From positions 1,825,817 through 1,889,816 of the forward strand of contig MU006090.1 in the NCBI GenBank assembly GCA_010093705.1: a stretch of DNA of 64,000 nucleotides, written 5' to 3'. The position numbers and the translations under genes were made by a program. Source of the DNA: Patellaria atrata CBS 101060 (Eukaryota). Position 1 is the first letter of the stretch. Each line of letters starts with the position of its first letter. Of the stretch, positions 23,764 through 36,024 are shown in pieces. The notes beneath the pieces are model-generated. The model saw only the letters and a program-made list of their open reading frames with translations, ran no database searches and was not told where the DNA came from.

Positions 23764-26108
23764 TCACGGAAACGCGTAGCCTCTCGGCCTGCGTTTTCGT
23801 TTGTACTTCAACCGTAAAAACCTCCTCCACCGTTCATCTCCAGGCAGATTGATGTCTGAACGGACCTCATAGGTGTAAGAGCGACTCTGAAAAGAGAGCG
23901 GGTTTACGGCCCAGTACGTCCCGACTTTGGTCACCCAGAGGTGTCTGATACAGAGACAGATTCTGAATATAAAGGACGAGATAAAGATCGGAAGACCCTG
24001 GGCTTCCCAAAAAGGTCTCCACAAATACACGAACATGAGACCAGCCAGAGCAACGGACATTAGTATTGCTGCGCAGGAAATGAAAAATACCCAAATCTTC
24101 GGCCCACTTTCATTTAGCTCTTGAAGGTTCATCCCGAAGACGGAGGTTGCAAAGGTTAAAGGGATGAATACGAATGCTAGTTGCGTGAGGTACTTCACTG
24201 ATATAGCCTCTTCGATGGATCTTTGGGACTCTTTGATAGACATCATACCGATTTCCAACTGGATCGTATCCTGAAGTCGGCTGTCAAAGCTTTTACCATA
24301 TTCGAGCGTTTCGTCCATGTATTTTAGTACCTGTCTCAAACGGGCTGATATGATAGCTGTAGAATTTTGATTTTCGCGAGAAGCGGAGAGGTTGGCTGTT
24401 CCAGGTAATATAGGGACCCCTTGCCCCTTGAATAAGAGGTGCGAGACCAGTATTCTTCTCAAATTGTCCAAATTATCGCATAGGGAGTTCGTTGCCCGTG
24501 AGAACCGGATGAGAATTTTCATACCCTCTAGTTCACCACGTTCCTGCATTTCCTCTTTCATCAGAGTAGCTTTAGTAACCGCATCGGCAGTAGACGTTGT
24601 AGCAATGTCCAAGATTATTGCAAGATATTCGTAAGGGCATTTGTTTGCTTCTTTTATTTGTTCCTTTCCCAGGAGGCGTAGTATATTCCCAAAAGTTTCT
24701 CCGATTTCTTTGCAAGTTGGCACAATCTGCCTACCTAAGATTCCAGGTGCATTGTAAGATCGCCCCGGCGCTTTATATAGGGTCACTATTCTTCGAAACG
24801 AATTCAGGCGCGAAAGTGATGTAACGGCATTGAATACACGTCCAAGAGGGATCCTTTCCCAGAATGAGGAAGTTGTAAATATTACAACTGATATATGTTA
24901 GTGTATGTAAATGCTGTTTCTCTTTTCTTTAAAAAACGGTTTGATTCAGCTATAATCAACAGTGAACCCTATCGGGGGTTAAACCTGGTATTTCCCTTAC
25001 GAGAAAGTATATGGACACTTCAAAACGTACTTTTAGACCCGAGCTAACTGTAAGACTACTGTATACCCCAGAGGAGCTATCTAGGGCAGGAAATCCCTAT
25101 ACGGATAATACCTTACGTGTTCTATAACGAAATATAATATCGCGTTAAGTAGAGAACCATAACATTTTGGTCTGGAATAATATATTATCCGTATGAGGAT
25201 TCTTGCCCTGAATAGCTCCTCTGGGGCATACAGTAGTCCTACAGTTAGCTCGGGTCTAAAAGTACCTTTTTGAAGTGTCCGTATACTCTCCCGGTATTTA
25301 CCAACCCCATTTACGAACAGAAAGTTTACGGGAAGCGGGGATATCCAGAAATGATAAAATGAATCACATGGATTGCATACCTGTGTTGAAAGAAGTCTTA
25401 TTCATGTCGCAAGGAGGGATTACTTGAGCCCACATGCGGTTATAGAACTGGATGAACTCCCCACCCCTCTTACTTTGTTCGTTAGCAGACCATATGCTCC
25501 CATAGTTATGATCTAGCGTGACTAGGGAAAAGTAGAGCGCAGGATTAATATCGTATAGAACCCGCAATTCATCCATAATATCGGCCCTGAAGCGCGGACC
25601 ATTACTGTTGATCAATATGACCCTCGTCTCAGTAGGTACATCTGGCGAGGGCTCTCTTCGTAGTCTTTCTATAAAGGGTACGTCTTCTCCCAGGCGAGTT
25701 CTGTTATCTTCGATGTGGGGGTAAATCTCAAAGACAGAAAGCTCGTTCAAACACTCGGGACCAAAATCGGCAACTAGTAAGCACGCATAGTCCCAATGTA
25801 CTAGAAGTACAAGGTTTGATGTATTGTTCGACGCATGCTTGCCAATCAGCAAACCAAGGGTCTTCTCCTAAGTTCATGAGTCCTTGTTCGAACCTCGATT
25901 CTTGTCCCGACCTGGATTCATCTACATTCTCAACATTGCTGTTCGGTGAAGTTGGCTTGAACTTAGGAATAGCACTCGTTGGGTCAGTAGATGTTCGTAC
26001 AGATCCCGCGTCGTTCTTTTGCTCATATTCAATAGTCTTTCCGCATGCAAACCCTTTCTCGGCTTGAGGATCCTGCTTGACCGCCGCGCTTGTCGACGGC
26101 TCGTCCAT
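23764..26108 (-). CDS. Fungal protein with a C-terminal CorA-like two-TM (GMN) domain; 5' part has a frame break, so possibly a pseudogene
   Basis: SIEEAISVKYLTQLAFVFIPLTFATSVFGMN followed by a second TM helix. The 493-nt intron 25380-24888 joins ORFs 25364-25852 and 23764-24786 in frame. The link to the upstream ORF (ATG 26108) is unresolved. Confidence 0.7.
25000..25294. mobile_element. MITE-like non-autonomous DNA transposon inside the CorA-like gene intron
   Basis: Inverted arms of about 110 bp (25000-25110 versus 25183-25293) around a spacer of about 70 bp. TA at 24998-24999 and 25295-25296. Arm mismatches are mostly transitions. Confidence 0.8.
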
Positions 26109-26793
26109 CTTAGTCTTATTGATTTTAGGGTGCGCCTTGAGAGGGCAGTCGAAAGGATGCTCTACTGAGTCTGGACAAATGCACTTCGTTAAATTATATA
26201 CTGAAGGTATTGCAGTGTATAGTGAAGAAGAAAAAAATGACAACGAACTGAAAAGATTTACTGTACTGAACGCGCAATTCTGACACGAGGATCTTTACTC
26301 GTATATCTGTAGAATCCTGTGTAATATAAAGTCTCGAAGAATGCTGCTCAGGGTCTTCTGGCGTCATAAACCAAATTTAGGTGTGTAAAATAAGAGATCA
26401 ACTAATACAACGCCGACTAATATCCTCACAGTCCCGCACTCGAATTGTTCATCACGATTCTGTGCCCTCTCAGTTTGTCATATACTAAATGAACATTCTT
26501 GGACGAGAGCTAAGTTTTGCAAAGCAAAAGTACCCCACGTAAGGTAAGGTAGTGGCAAGGCGGTACAAGTAAGGTACAGTACTTTGATGCCTTAATAATT
26601 ATATAAATTACCGTACTCCGTACGTTTAGGTTTAAAAGAAGTATCGGAGAAACTTTTGCCCGGAGTTTAGCCATTCTCTCAAGAACCATTGACGAAGGCC
26701 ATCACCCAGGAGGAATATTAGATGTCTAAGGTATATATCAATCGAATAGGTATCTCAAGTCTTGTCCTTAGAAACTATTATTTGAAGAGAATA

Positions 26794-26988
26794 ACTGGCA
26801 AAGTACAGCATCCTACTGCATACGGTGGATAGCGCTCCTTCACGTTGTTTATCATCCAATCCTCTCTGAGTAATTAAATTTCCTTTAACTTATGGTAACT
26901 TATTGTAGAATACCTGATGATGTAAGACGCGTGGTTACGGGAAGGATCACGCTATCCACCGTATGCAACAGGATGCTGTATTATCAGC
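26794..26988. mobile_element. Second, unrelated MITE-like element
   Basis: TIRs of about 40 bp: ACTGGCAAAGTACAGCATCCTACTGCATACGGTGGATAGCG (26794-26834) versus CGCTATCCACCGTATGCAACAGGATGCTGTATTATCAGC (26950-26988). TA on both flanks. Confidence 0.72.
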
Positions 26989-28174
26989 TAAGATGGTCTG
27001 TGAGAACCTATGGGATTATGCATTCCCTTCCCTGAACCATCGGGTAGAACTTGAACAGCATCTGATATTTTCAGTAGATAGAATACTACCCAGGCTTTAC
27101 TTTAGGTCTTTTGAAATTGAATGGATATTATCGGAGTCTTCTCTTTATGATTAATCTGATATTAGGTATAATAGTTGGTATGTACAGTGTCCTACACGCG
27201 AGGATCGGTTATTGTACTTATCGGCACCTTTCGAAGTCTTGAAGGACACGCCATCTATTCCGGACTCGAAGTTGCTGTACTGTACGAAGTACTGTGGTAT
27301 ACATTGCGAATTGCGGGATACTCGTACTGATAGGTAGACTAGAACCTACCGTAGTACCTTAGTGTACGCCTTCCGTAAAAGCTACAATGGAAACATAAAC
27401 GGCTATTGGCGAGATAATACGAATTCTTGTCTCGGGATTTCTACAAGGGGGTTGAACACTTAATAAATGATGTGCATAAGGGGCATAAGGGCATAAGGGG
27501 AAGCGATGAGACGGTTATACTACTAGTAGCAAGAGCTTCATACGGTGCAGAGTTAACTGCATTTTATGAGCCATTCAAATCATATTAGCATTTCTCACAA
27601 AAACGCACATGTACTCGCAGAAAAGTTTCTGTTTTCTCTTACAGGTAACTGTGGTTGAAGAGGAAGAAGAGTATAAAAATGGTCCGGCCTAGATTTGGTA
27701 TGTACAATTACCTTAGGCATACGTTAGTCAGGGGTAATAATGAACGATGAGACTATTCAGGAACCAAATGAAATTGATTCGCCTATTTGGACAAGGCCAA
27801 GGAGGAGAAGACGGGGTAGTTCAAGGGTCTGGCGCTTCGGCTTGAAGATAAGGAAGTTAAAGCTAAAAAACTCCGCGACAACTTGATCATCAGAATGCCC
27901 CTGCGCTTCACCCCAATTTCATGATTTTCATCAATCTCTACACTTCCACTCTAGCACGAACTCTACGCCTTCAAGGGTATCTTTAACGACCATCTCCTTT
28001 TCCTTTAACGGGAAGATCATTCGAGCCCTCTCTGGAAGAGGGAGACCAAGGGCGCCCAGCGGCCTCCACTGCCGGGAACACATCCACGTCGGCTTTGCTT
28101 ACCACTCTTTTTGTGCAAAGAACATGTCTATCTGCTAATGCAACGTCCTGGTACATCACACCTCCGCTGCTCCT

Positions 28175-31100
28175 ATGTCTTCAGATCGACTACACCCACG
28201 CCCTAAGCAGCCCTCGCTGGCGAATATAGCGGTGCAGTCTTTTGCGGCCTTTCGAGCTCAAACTTCCTCTCTACCCGCGCCCTCACCCGTCCGTAGGAAA
28301 CCTCTACCTTTAAATGCATCACCTGTAGCAACACGTTTCTCGTCTGCAGAGGTATCACCTACACCGAAAACCGACGATCGAAGTAGTGTAAAGAGATCAT
28401 ACTCCATAGATAGTCCTCCTCTACCTGGCCAGGCCAGAGTCGTGACGGTATTATCACCTCCACTCAGCGGTACGGAGCAAGTCTTTGTTCCTCGAGATCT
28501 GGATAGGTATGTTAAATTTGATAAGACCCTATATACAAATTCCAAGGGAACCCATCCCACCACCTAATACTCATGTCCGATGAACTCAGGATCCTAGTGT
28601 AGACTTTCGCTCAGTCCTCATATAATTCATTGTTTCATTCAAGTTGTCTTGTCTTGACGCTGACTTATCCATAATGATAGGCATCCCCACGGGTCAACGC
28701 CCCTCGTAGACAAGACCATCATACAAACTCCCTCCATTAGACCCCTTCCCATACGTACTCAATCGGACAATAGTCAAAAGGAAGTGGGTAGATTACAACG
28801 TCCAAAGCATGATCGCGCTGCCAGCAGTTATCACACAGCGAAAGGATCAATATCAGACGATAGCGAAAAAGCGCATAGCAGATCACACACAATGGACTCC
28901 CATGACTCTATGACCAAAGCACCTCATTTGACCCTTGAGTTGGACGGTGTGACAGAAACTTTCATAGAGGAAGGTCAATATTCCCCAGATTCGCAACAAG
29001 CATCAAAACCAAAGTCCCCAAGTCGTTTTACATCATTTTTCGGTTGGAAGTCCTCGTCGCAGCAATCCGCCGCAGGCACTGAGTCGCCCACGACAACGTT
29101 TTCTGAGAAATCATCATCACCAGGACCATCACCTATGTTTTCTAGATCACAAGGGGATGGAATGGGGTCGCGATCTGGCCCTGCAGCACTCGATATTCCG
29201 AAAGCAAATGCAATGGCGCAAACCTCTTACTTTAATGTCCCTGGAACACCTCTTCTTTCCAACTCACCGGCTATGAACGCGCATGTAGAAGCACTTGAAG
29301 AAGAGCTCCGTCAGGTTAGTCAAGAGTACGCATCTTCGATACGAAGGGAGATGGATCTGGAAGATCAAATTGAGCGGTATAAAAGCGACTATCCTCAACT
29401 CGGGAGCACTCAAGAGGGAGGAAAACGAACTAGTGACTACTACTCCGATTCAGGAATGGGTTCTACTAGAGGTTTTCCACTCAACGATAGTGATACTAAG
29501 ATGGATGAGTTGGAAAGAATCCGAAGGGATCTCCAAAGAGAGAAGGGTCAACTCAAAGTTCAGTTGGCCAACACAGTACAGAAAGAGTTACGGCATCGGC
29601 GAGACTTAGAAGCGCAAATCCAAACCCTCGAAGAGCAAATGCAGGAACGAGACAAGCAAATGAAGGATACAGTAGGCGGTGGAGACCGTGTTCGTGAACT
29701 TGAAGCTACTCTCGATGATCTTCGTCGACGTCTTCAGGAAGAGAGACAGTACAAGGAGAGTTTCGAAGATCTATTGTCAGCACTTCGCCAAGAGCTTGAA
29801 CAGCACCGCAATGAAAGAGATAATTTGCGAGATGAGGTGGTACCCCAGCTTCGAGCTCGAGTAGAGGGTCTCGAAAGTGAAGCTGCAGAGGTACAATCAT
29901 TAACATACGACAACACAAGAATGCAACAAGAAATACAAAGTCTGCGAAATGAATACCAGAATCTTCAAGCCGCAAAGCGTTTCAATTCCATAGCTGAAGA
30001 AGACGACTTACCATCACCAATATCGCCTAGGGTGGGACTATCAAGATCCAATTCCTTAGCAAGACATTCGGTTTCGAACTTGAAGCGAGGCTCGCTCTCT
30101 CGGTCAAGCTCGGTGAAAGAAAAGCCAGAGGGAAAGGAATTGCATTTGGACAGACTGAAAGAAGTTGAAGACCAACGGGATGCATTGCATCGCGCTCTGA
30201 AGAGCTTACTCGAAAGACAGGAATTTCAAGCTAAGGAGCATGCAAAGAGAATACGCCTTCTAGAGATGGAAAGAGACCGCGCATTGACTCTTACACCCCG
30301 TCGAACAGCGTTTAGTAAAGAGGTGAAACATCTCAAAAGCGAGATTAACCACCTAAGAAAGAGGGCGGATGAAGCATTGGAGCAAAAGTGGCAATGCGAG
30401 AAGGGCTTAGGCGGTCTTAAGATGGATCTTGATCGAGCTCAACAAGAAACCAGCTCTCTGCGTGATCTTCTTCAAGAGCGTGACATCTTCATACCGGAGC
30501 GGAAGGGCTCCGGGGCAGGTCTTCCGGAGGACAAATTGTCCATTTCTGTATCTTTGGATAAAGCTTATAAGGAACTACAAACGACACACGCGCTTTCCCT
30601 AGCTCGAATTAGGGACATTGAGGATGAAGATACGCTCGGTTCGTCCAATGCGAGTGCCGAACGCACAATGGAACTACTCCGGAAGAGCATTTCTGATGCC
30701 GAAGCAGAAAGAGATGTTGCTGTCAAAGAAACGGAACTCTACAGACAGCAAGCTCGCGCTTTACAACGATCAGAAGTTGAGCATCTGGGTAAGGAGCAAA
30801 GTCTAGCTGCTGAGCTGGTTGCTTCAGCAACTCGCATGGATCAGCTTTCCACTCAAGTGGAACTACAGCTAGAAGCGAATAAAGCTCTAAAGAAAAGGTT
30901 AGCAGAAGCTATAGGCCGTGGGGAAAAAGAACAGCAAGCCTCTGCCGCAAGGATCGTCGAGTTACAAAGCAAGCTCAAGGGTCTGGAAGACAAGGTGATG
31001 GCGGCTCAGCAACATTCCGAGGAGATGGTCAACGCCCACGAGGAAGAGATTACTCAACTAAAAGAGACACATAACACCCAACTACAGCGTGTCAAAAGTG

Positions 31101-31489
31101 GTTTGCTCAGTCCGGCCAAGTACTCGCCTACAATGCCTCTATCTCCACTCTTTGCGGCTAGGTCTCCAAGACTAGACAAGACCACGAGCGGTCCTGGAAT
31201 ATCAATGGCCGAGGCTACAAAGACTGAATTCCTTGAAACCCGTGTTGAAGAGTTAGAAAAAGCATTAGCCGAAGCTGACCGAGAGATGGAAGAGGTTGTA
31301 GGAAGGATGAACATGGCGCAGATAGAGGTTGCTGAGTTGCAGTCTGACAGGTACGTAGCATTACTGATAGGGAAATCCAGGACGCTTTACTGACTAATTC
31401 ACAGAGATGAAGCAATGCGTCAAACAAGACGACTGAAAAACCAAATTCAAGAGGAGCGGGAAAAGGTCAAGGCTTTAATGGCCAAGTGA
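28175..31489 (+). CDS. Large coiled-coil protein of unknown function (Ser/Pro-rich N-terminus, long heptad-repeat C-terminus)
   Basis: An 869-codon ORF plus flanking exons joined by introns at about 28508-28680 and 31351-31403. Ends ...QSDRDEAMRQTRRLKNQIQEEREKVKALMAK*. Confidence 0.85.
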
Positions 31490-32532
31490 TGATCAACCTA
31501 ACTCGTATCGCATGATTTACTTGACTTTAACGATCTCCCATTCTTGTAATTTATGTCTAGGGAGCATTTTCCGGAGTTGGTATGAGAATGTGTTTTTTCT
31601 GGTGTTATTAAAGATCTTTCTGGGACCACACCACATCTAGGTGAGGGTTACTGTACTGTACTGTACCGCTAGGCGTGTGGTCTGAGGAAGTTTTTGGACA
31701 GCGAGATTGTTCTTGTTCTATACCCCTACTTGCTACTGAGTAGCTATTAGTTTTGGGGAGATGGTGATAATTATCGCTAAAAGGGGGAAGACGTTGTACT
31801 ATTACATAATTAATGTCGACATGTCGAGAAGAGTAGGGAGCTTTGGATAGTGGGAAGTGGGGAGTGGGTATTGGGTTAGGATAAACAATGTCCTCGAGAC
31901 AGTTAGGATGGATTCAAGCATTTGAATACCTTATTTAATCTGCTAAATGTGTGTACGTGTGCTCGGACTTCATCATCACCTCCTTTTGTCACAATGTGTC
32001 TTCCCAGTCACGGTACACTTGCTGTACAGACAATTTGGTATGACCTGCTCGGCCTTATCACGGAATTTCAATTCTTTGTACATTGATCTTAGAAAGATTC
32101 GCGATTGTGAATGTACGACGACCATGTAGTACTTAACATTCAATATGCAGCAGTCGTGGCATACGTTAATGGTCTAGATGCTTTGACTCGGGAAGCACGC
32201 ACGGACTCTCAAGACGTGGGCTGTCCAACTCGAAGTACAGTACTACTACTACCTTATACAAGAACATGAACGCCGCAACCACAACTTCTAACACGATCTC
32301 CTCCTATAAACTCCTTGTAGTCCCTTCTATCAACATCATTCTTATACCCATTCGCTAATTACTTTTCATACCAACCTTTGTACTGTCTCAACCATATTAC
32401 CAACCTGATCTTAAAGACGTAATCGCTTTCGTATAGTCACACGACAAAAGTAGCTCACGACGACCTACCCACGCTTAGCACTGTTGAACGAGCACTGGAT
32501 GCGGGAGACGAGAGTGAAATTAAAAACTCAGC

Positions 32533-34135
32533 ATGACAAAGGACGACGAGGTCCCGCAGCCGGGACCGGCGAGACTGGCAAAGGGCGCTGGCCCGGATGA
32601 ATGGCTCGAAGCGGCGAAGCAATGCAAATACCTCTCCGAGTCGGACATGAAGAAGCTGTGCGAGATCGTGAAGGAGTGTCTGATGGAAGGTAAGAAGTGC
32701 TATGCGTCCTTGTGACCCCTCAGACACCATATACGTAAACCGGACTGGAAATGAGTTAGAAGCTGATGTTGCCTCTGTAGAATCAAACATCCAACCAGTA
32801 CAGACGCCGGTTACAGTGTGTGGTGATATCCATGGCCAGTTCTATGACCTCCTAGAGCTGTTTAGAGTTGCGGGTGGCATGCCCAATGATAACCATGTCG
32901 CCGCGCCGACTGTCCCCGTCAAGACCATTTCAGCTGCTGATATCGAGCCCCCAACAAAGATAACGGACCCGAAAGCGAGGCGCAAGATGAAACGTAGGTT
33001 TCAATCAGATAGCTCGTATACCAAACCCAGCAGTCCCTCTCAAGGGGAAGAGGAGGGGGAAGAAGGCCAGGAAGACACGGGTGAGGAAGAGGAGCGGGGG
33101 CGCAGCCGGAGCATAAGTGAAAGAAGGAGTTCCGGGGAGTCAAGAAACAGTAATATGAACGTGGCGGGCGCGGCCGGGAACGGGAAGCAGAATTATATCT
33201 TCCTAGGAGATTTTGTGGATAGGGGGTATTTCAGCTTGGAGACGTTTACGCTGCTGATGTGTTTGAAGGCTAAGTAAGCTACCTCAACACGCACTTAACC
33301 CACACTCCTCCATATCTAGCTCAAGGCCCGTGTTAATGTCAAACAGGTTCCCAGACAAAGTCACCCTCGTCCGAGGTAACCACGAATCGCGGCAAATCAC
33401 CCAGGTCTACGGCTTCTACGAGGAGTGCCAGCAGAAATACGGCAACGCGTCCGTATGGAAGGCGTGCTGTCAGGTTTTCGACTTCATCGCCCTCGCCGCC
33501 ATCATAGATGGGAAGGTGTTGTGCGTGCACGGCGGTCTGAGTCCCGAGATCAGGACGCTAGACCAAATCCGGGTGGTCGCAAGAGCACAGGAGATACCTC
33601 ATGAAGGCGCTTTCTGCGATTTAGTCTGGAGCGATCCGGATGACATTGAGGCATGGGGGATATCCCCGAGAGGAGCCGGGTGGCTGTTTGGAGATAAAGT
33701 TGCTACTGAGGTATAAATTTCCCCTCTTCTCCATCTAGGGATCTGTCAAGTTCTTTCCTGACAATCTTATAAAGTTCAACCACGTCAACGGTCTCCAGCT
33801 CATAGCACGTGCCCATCAACTCGTACAGGAAGGATATAAAGTGAGTCCCTCTCCCTTTCCCCTTATCCTCATCCTCCTTTCCCAGTTCCATCCCTCCTCC
33901 ATCACACTATCAAAAACAGCATATAGCTAATCTCCCCCAACAGTTCCACTTCAAAGACAAGGACGTCGTGACCGTCTGGTCCGCGCCCAACTACTGCTAT
34001 CGCTGCGGCAACGTCGCCTCCATCATGAACCTCGGCGAGGACTTGCAGCCCAAATTCGCCATCTTCTCCGAGGTGCCGGATAATAGGCGCGCCGTCCCGC
34101 CTGGTAGGGGCGCCAGGGCGGATTATTTCTTGTAG
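32533..34135 (+). CDS. SIT4: PP6-type Ser/Thr phosphatase Sit4/Ppe1 (5 exons)
   Basis: [85 protein letters not shown] and C-terminal DYFL. Confidence 0.93.
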
Positions 34136-34994
34136 GCCGCGTGTATAGAGAATCGTTGCGGGTGGAGATTGGAGAGCGGGTTTATGTGGAGGGTTCGCAT
34201 GGGGGATGCTCATGATACGTATATGAATGCAGGGTGCTGATAAGTACACCATTTTCGGCTGGTGTATGCGTGCATGCGTGTATGGTGGGGTGGAGGGATG
34301 GAATAGATGGGATGGGTGTATGAAGGGTGGGATCTTTGTATGATAGGAGACGTATGATACCAATGAATCATGTGCATCTATCTATCTGGGAGTGGTTTGT
34401 TGTTCTTGTGCCGTGCGTGGAAAAGGGAGAAGGGGAAGGAGAAGGGAAAGAAGAAGTGGTGTGAGGGACGTACCGTACCTTATAAGAGGGATACCGTGGG
34501 GAAGGGGGAAAGGGGGTGGTGATATAACATAGATTGATGATAATGAATAAATAAAGGGGGTTGGGGATTTCTTCTTGGAGCTTACCGTAGATTGGAAAGG
34601 TGGGATGTTGCACGGTACGGTAGATACAGTACGAGAAACATAGCTTAAGCAGAGTCATACTTTAAAGTAGGTAGAGGCCGAGGGAGAAGGTACCTTTGCT
34701 TATTAGCTCGGAGTAAAGGTATTCAGTTGTACACCGTCTCTGGTAACCGTAGATGGGGAATGGCGGTGGGCGGAAGGAGCGATATTGTAAGAAGGGCAGG
34801 TAGGGTAGGAAGGTAGAAAGGCATTCAAACTAGAAGTAGGTGATTTACCCTAATCGACCGTACGAATCTTCGACTACATATCACGCTAACTCACTGTAGA
34901 AGTGTCCAGTCACACACATAGTTGGGAAATACGCCAACGAAAAAACCTGCGAAACCAGTCACTCCCAGAGCTACAAAAAAAAACCTAGAACTGG

Positions 34995-35106
34995 TCTGGA
35001 AGGATGATATCCTTCTGTTGGGTACGGAAATGAGCAACACGTACAGTACCAGTCTGTGGAAACAGGACATTCCCCTGTTACGTACGGGAATGAGCAATAT
35101 GCACAG
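34995..35106. repeat. Degenerate tandem duplication, 60-bp period
   Basis: TGGAAGGATGATATCCTTCTGTTGGGTACGGAAATGAGCAACACGTACAG versus TGGAAACAGGACATTCCCCTGTTACGTACGGGAATGAGCAATATGCACAG. Confidence 0.65.
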
Positions 35107-35399
35107 ATGGATATGTGACAAGCTCTCACATGGATATACTCTCATCCCGATTAGCAGAAACAACGTCAAGTTATGATGTTGGTGGATTGGGCGTTTTGTG
35201 GATTGGACTGGATTACGAGCTCCGATTTACGATGGGATTTGAAAACGGGCTAATCGTGGATGGATATGGGATTCGTCTAGCCAGATAATCAAGTAAATTC
35301 ACAATCCATGCTTTTAAACTGCTCATTCCCACCAACCCCCTTACCTACGCTGTCCACCATTGTCGTTGCTGATGTACAGTACGAGTCTATCCTTTCCGG

Positions 35400-35880
35400 A
35401 ATTAGTCTTACTTTATATACTATAGATAGAGGGTTAAGGATATTATTTCTAGAGTAGAGTATTAGATATAGAGTAGGATAATGAGTAGGTTAAAAGATTT
35501 AGACCCCCCGGGAGGAGGGGGGGGGATGCTATATAATAATTACTTGTAATTTTCTAAGCTAAGGAGACTAGGGAAAGGTAAGTTTGAAGTAGATAGATAA
35601 GGTGTTTAGCTAGGTTAAGAGGAGGTTAGGTATGATTTATGGGAGATGATGGGAGAGTGTGGGAGAGTGTTGTAGACAGAAGTTGTGGAGCGGAGAAGTA
35701 TAGAGGGGAAGATATCCAAGGTATAGAGGGAAGTGAAGAGCGCAGGAAAGTATTGTAAAAAGATCTGCTTGACTATGTAATAAGGCCAAAAGATATTCTA
35801 GCATCAGTAGAACACGTTCATCTCTTGTGGTAGATATGCTAAACGTACGGAAACAATAGTCTTTTGAGGGTAGAAAATTG
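35400..35880. mobile_element. TpA-rich, C-poor degenerate relic, possibly a RIP-mutated repeat
   Basis: Dense TAG/TAA/TATA with very few CpA (e.g. TCTAGAGTAGAGTATTAGATATAGAGTAGGATA). No family-diagnostic motif is visible. Confidence 0.4.
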
Positions 35881-36024
35881 CACGGACTAATGATGAGAGA
35901 GTTTGAACCAGCCAGATGTGGTAAAGATATTATGAAGGCAGTACACCATACTGCACGTGCTGGAACTCGCAGTCCAGAATTGGGAGTTACCACACATCAT
36001 TCGGATTCCACCATATGTGCTCCT

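Noticed and set aside
27474..27500. GCATAAGGG repeated three times, also TGGTCCCTAATCG twice at about 59744
   Set aside because: These are tiny local slippage duplications. They are not CRISPR-like or telomeric.
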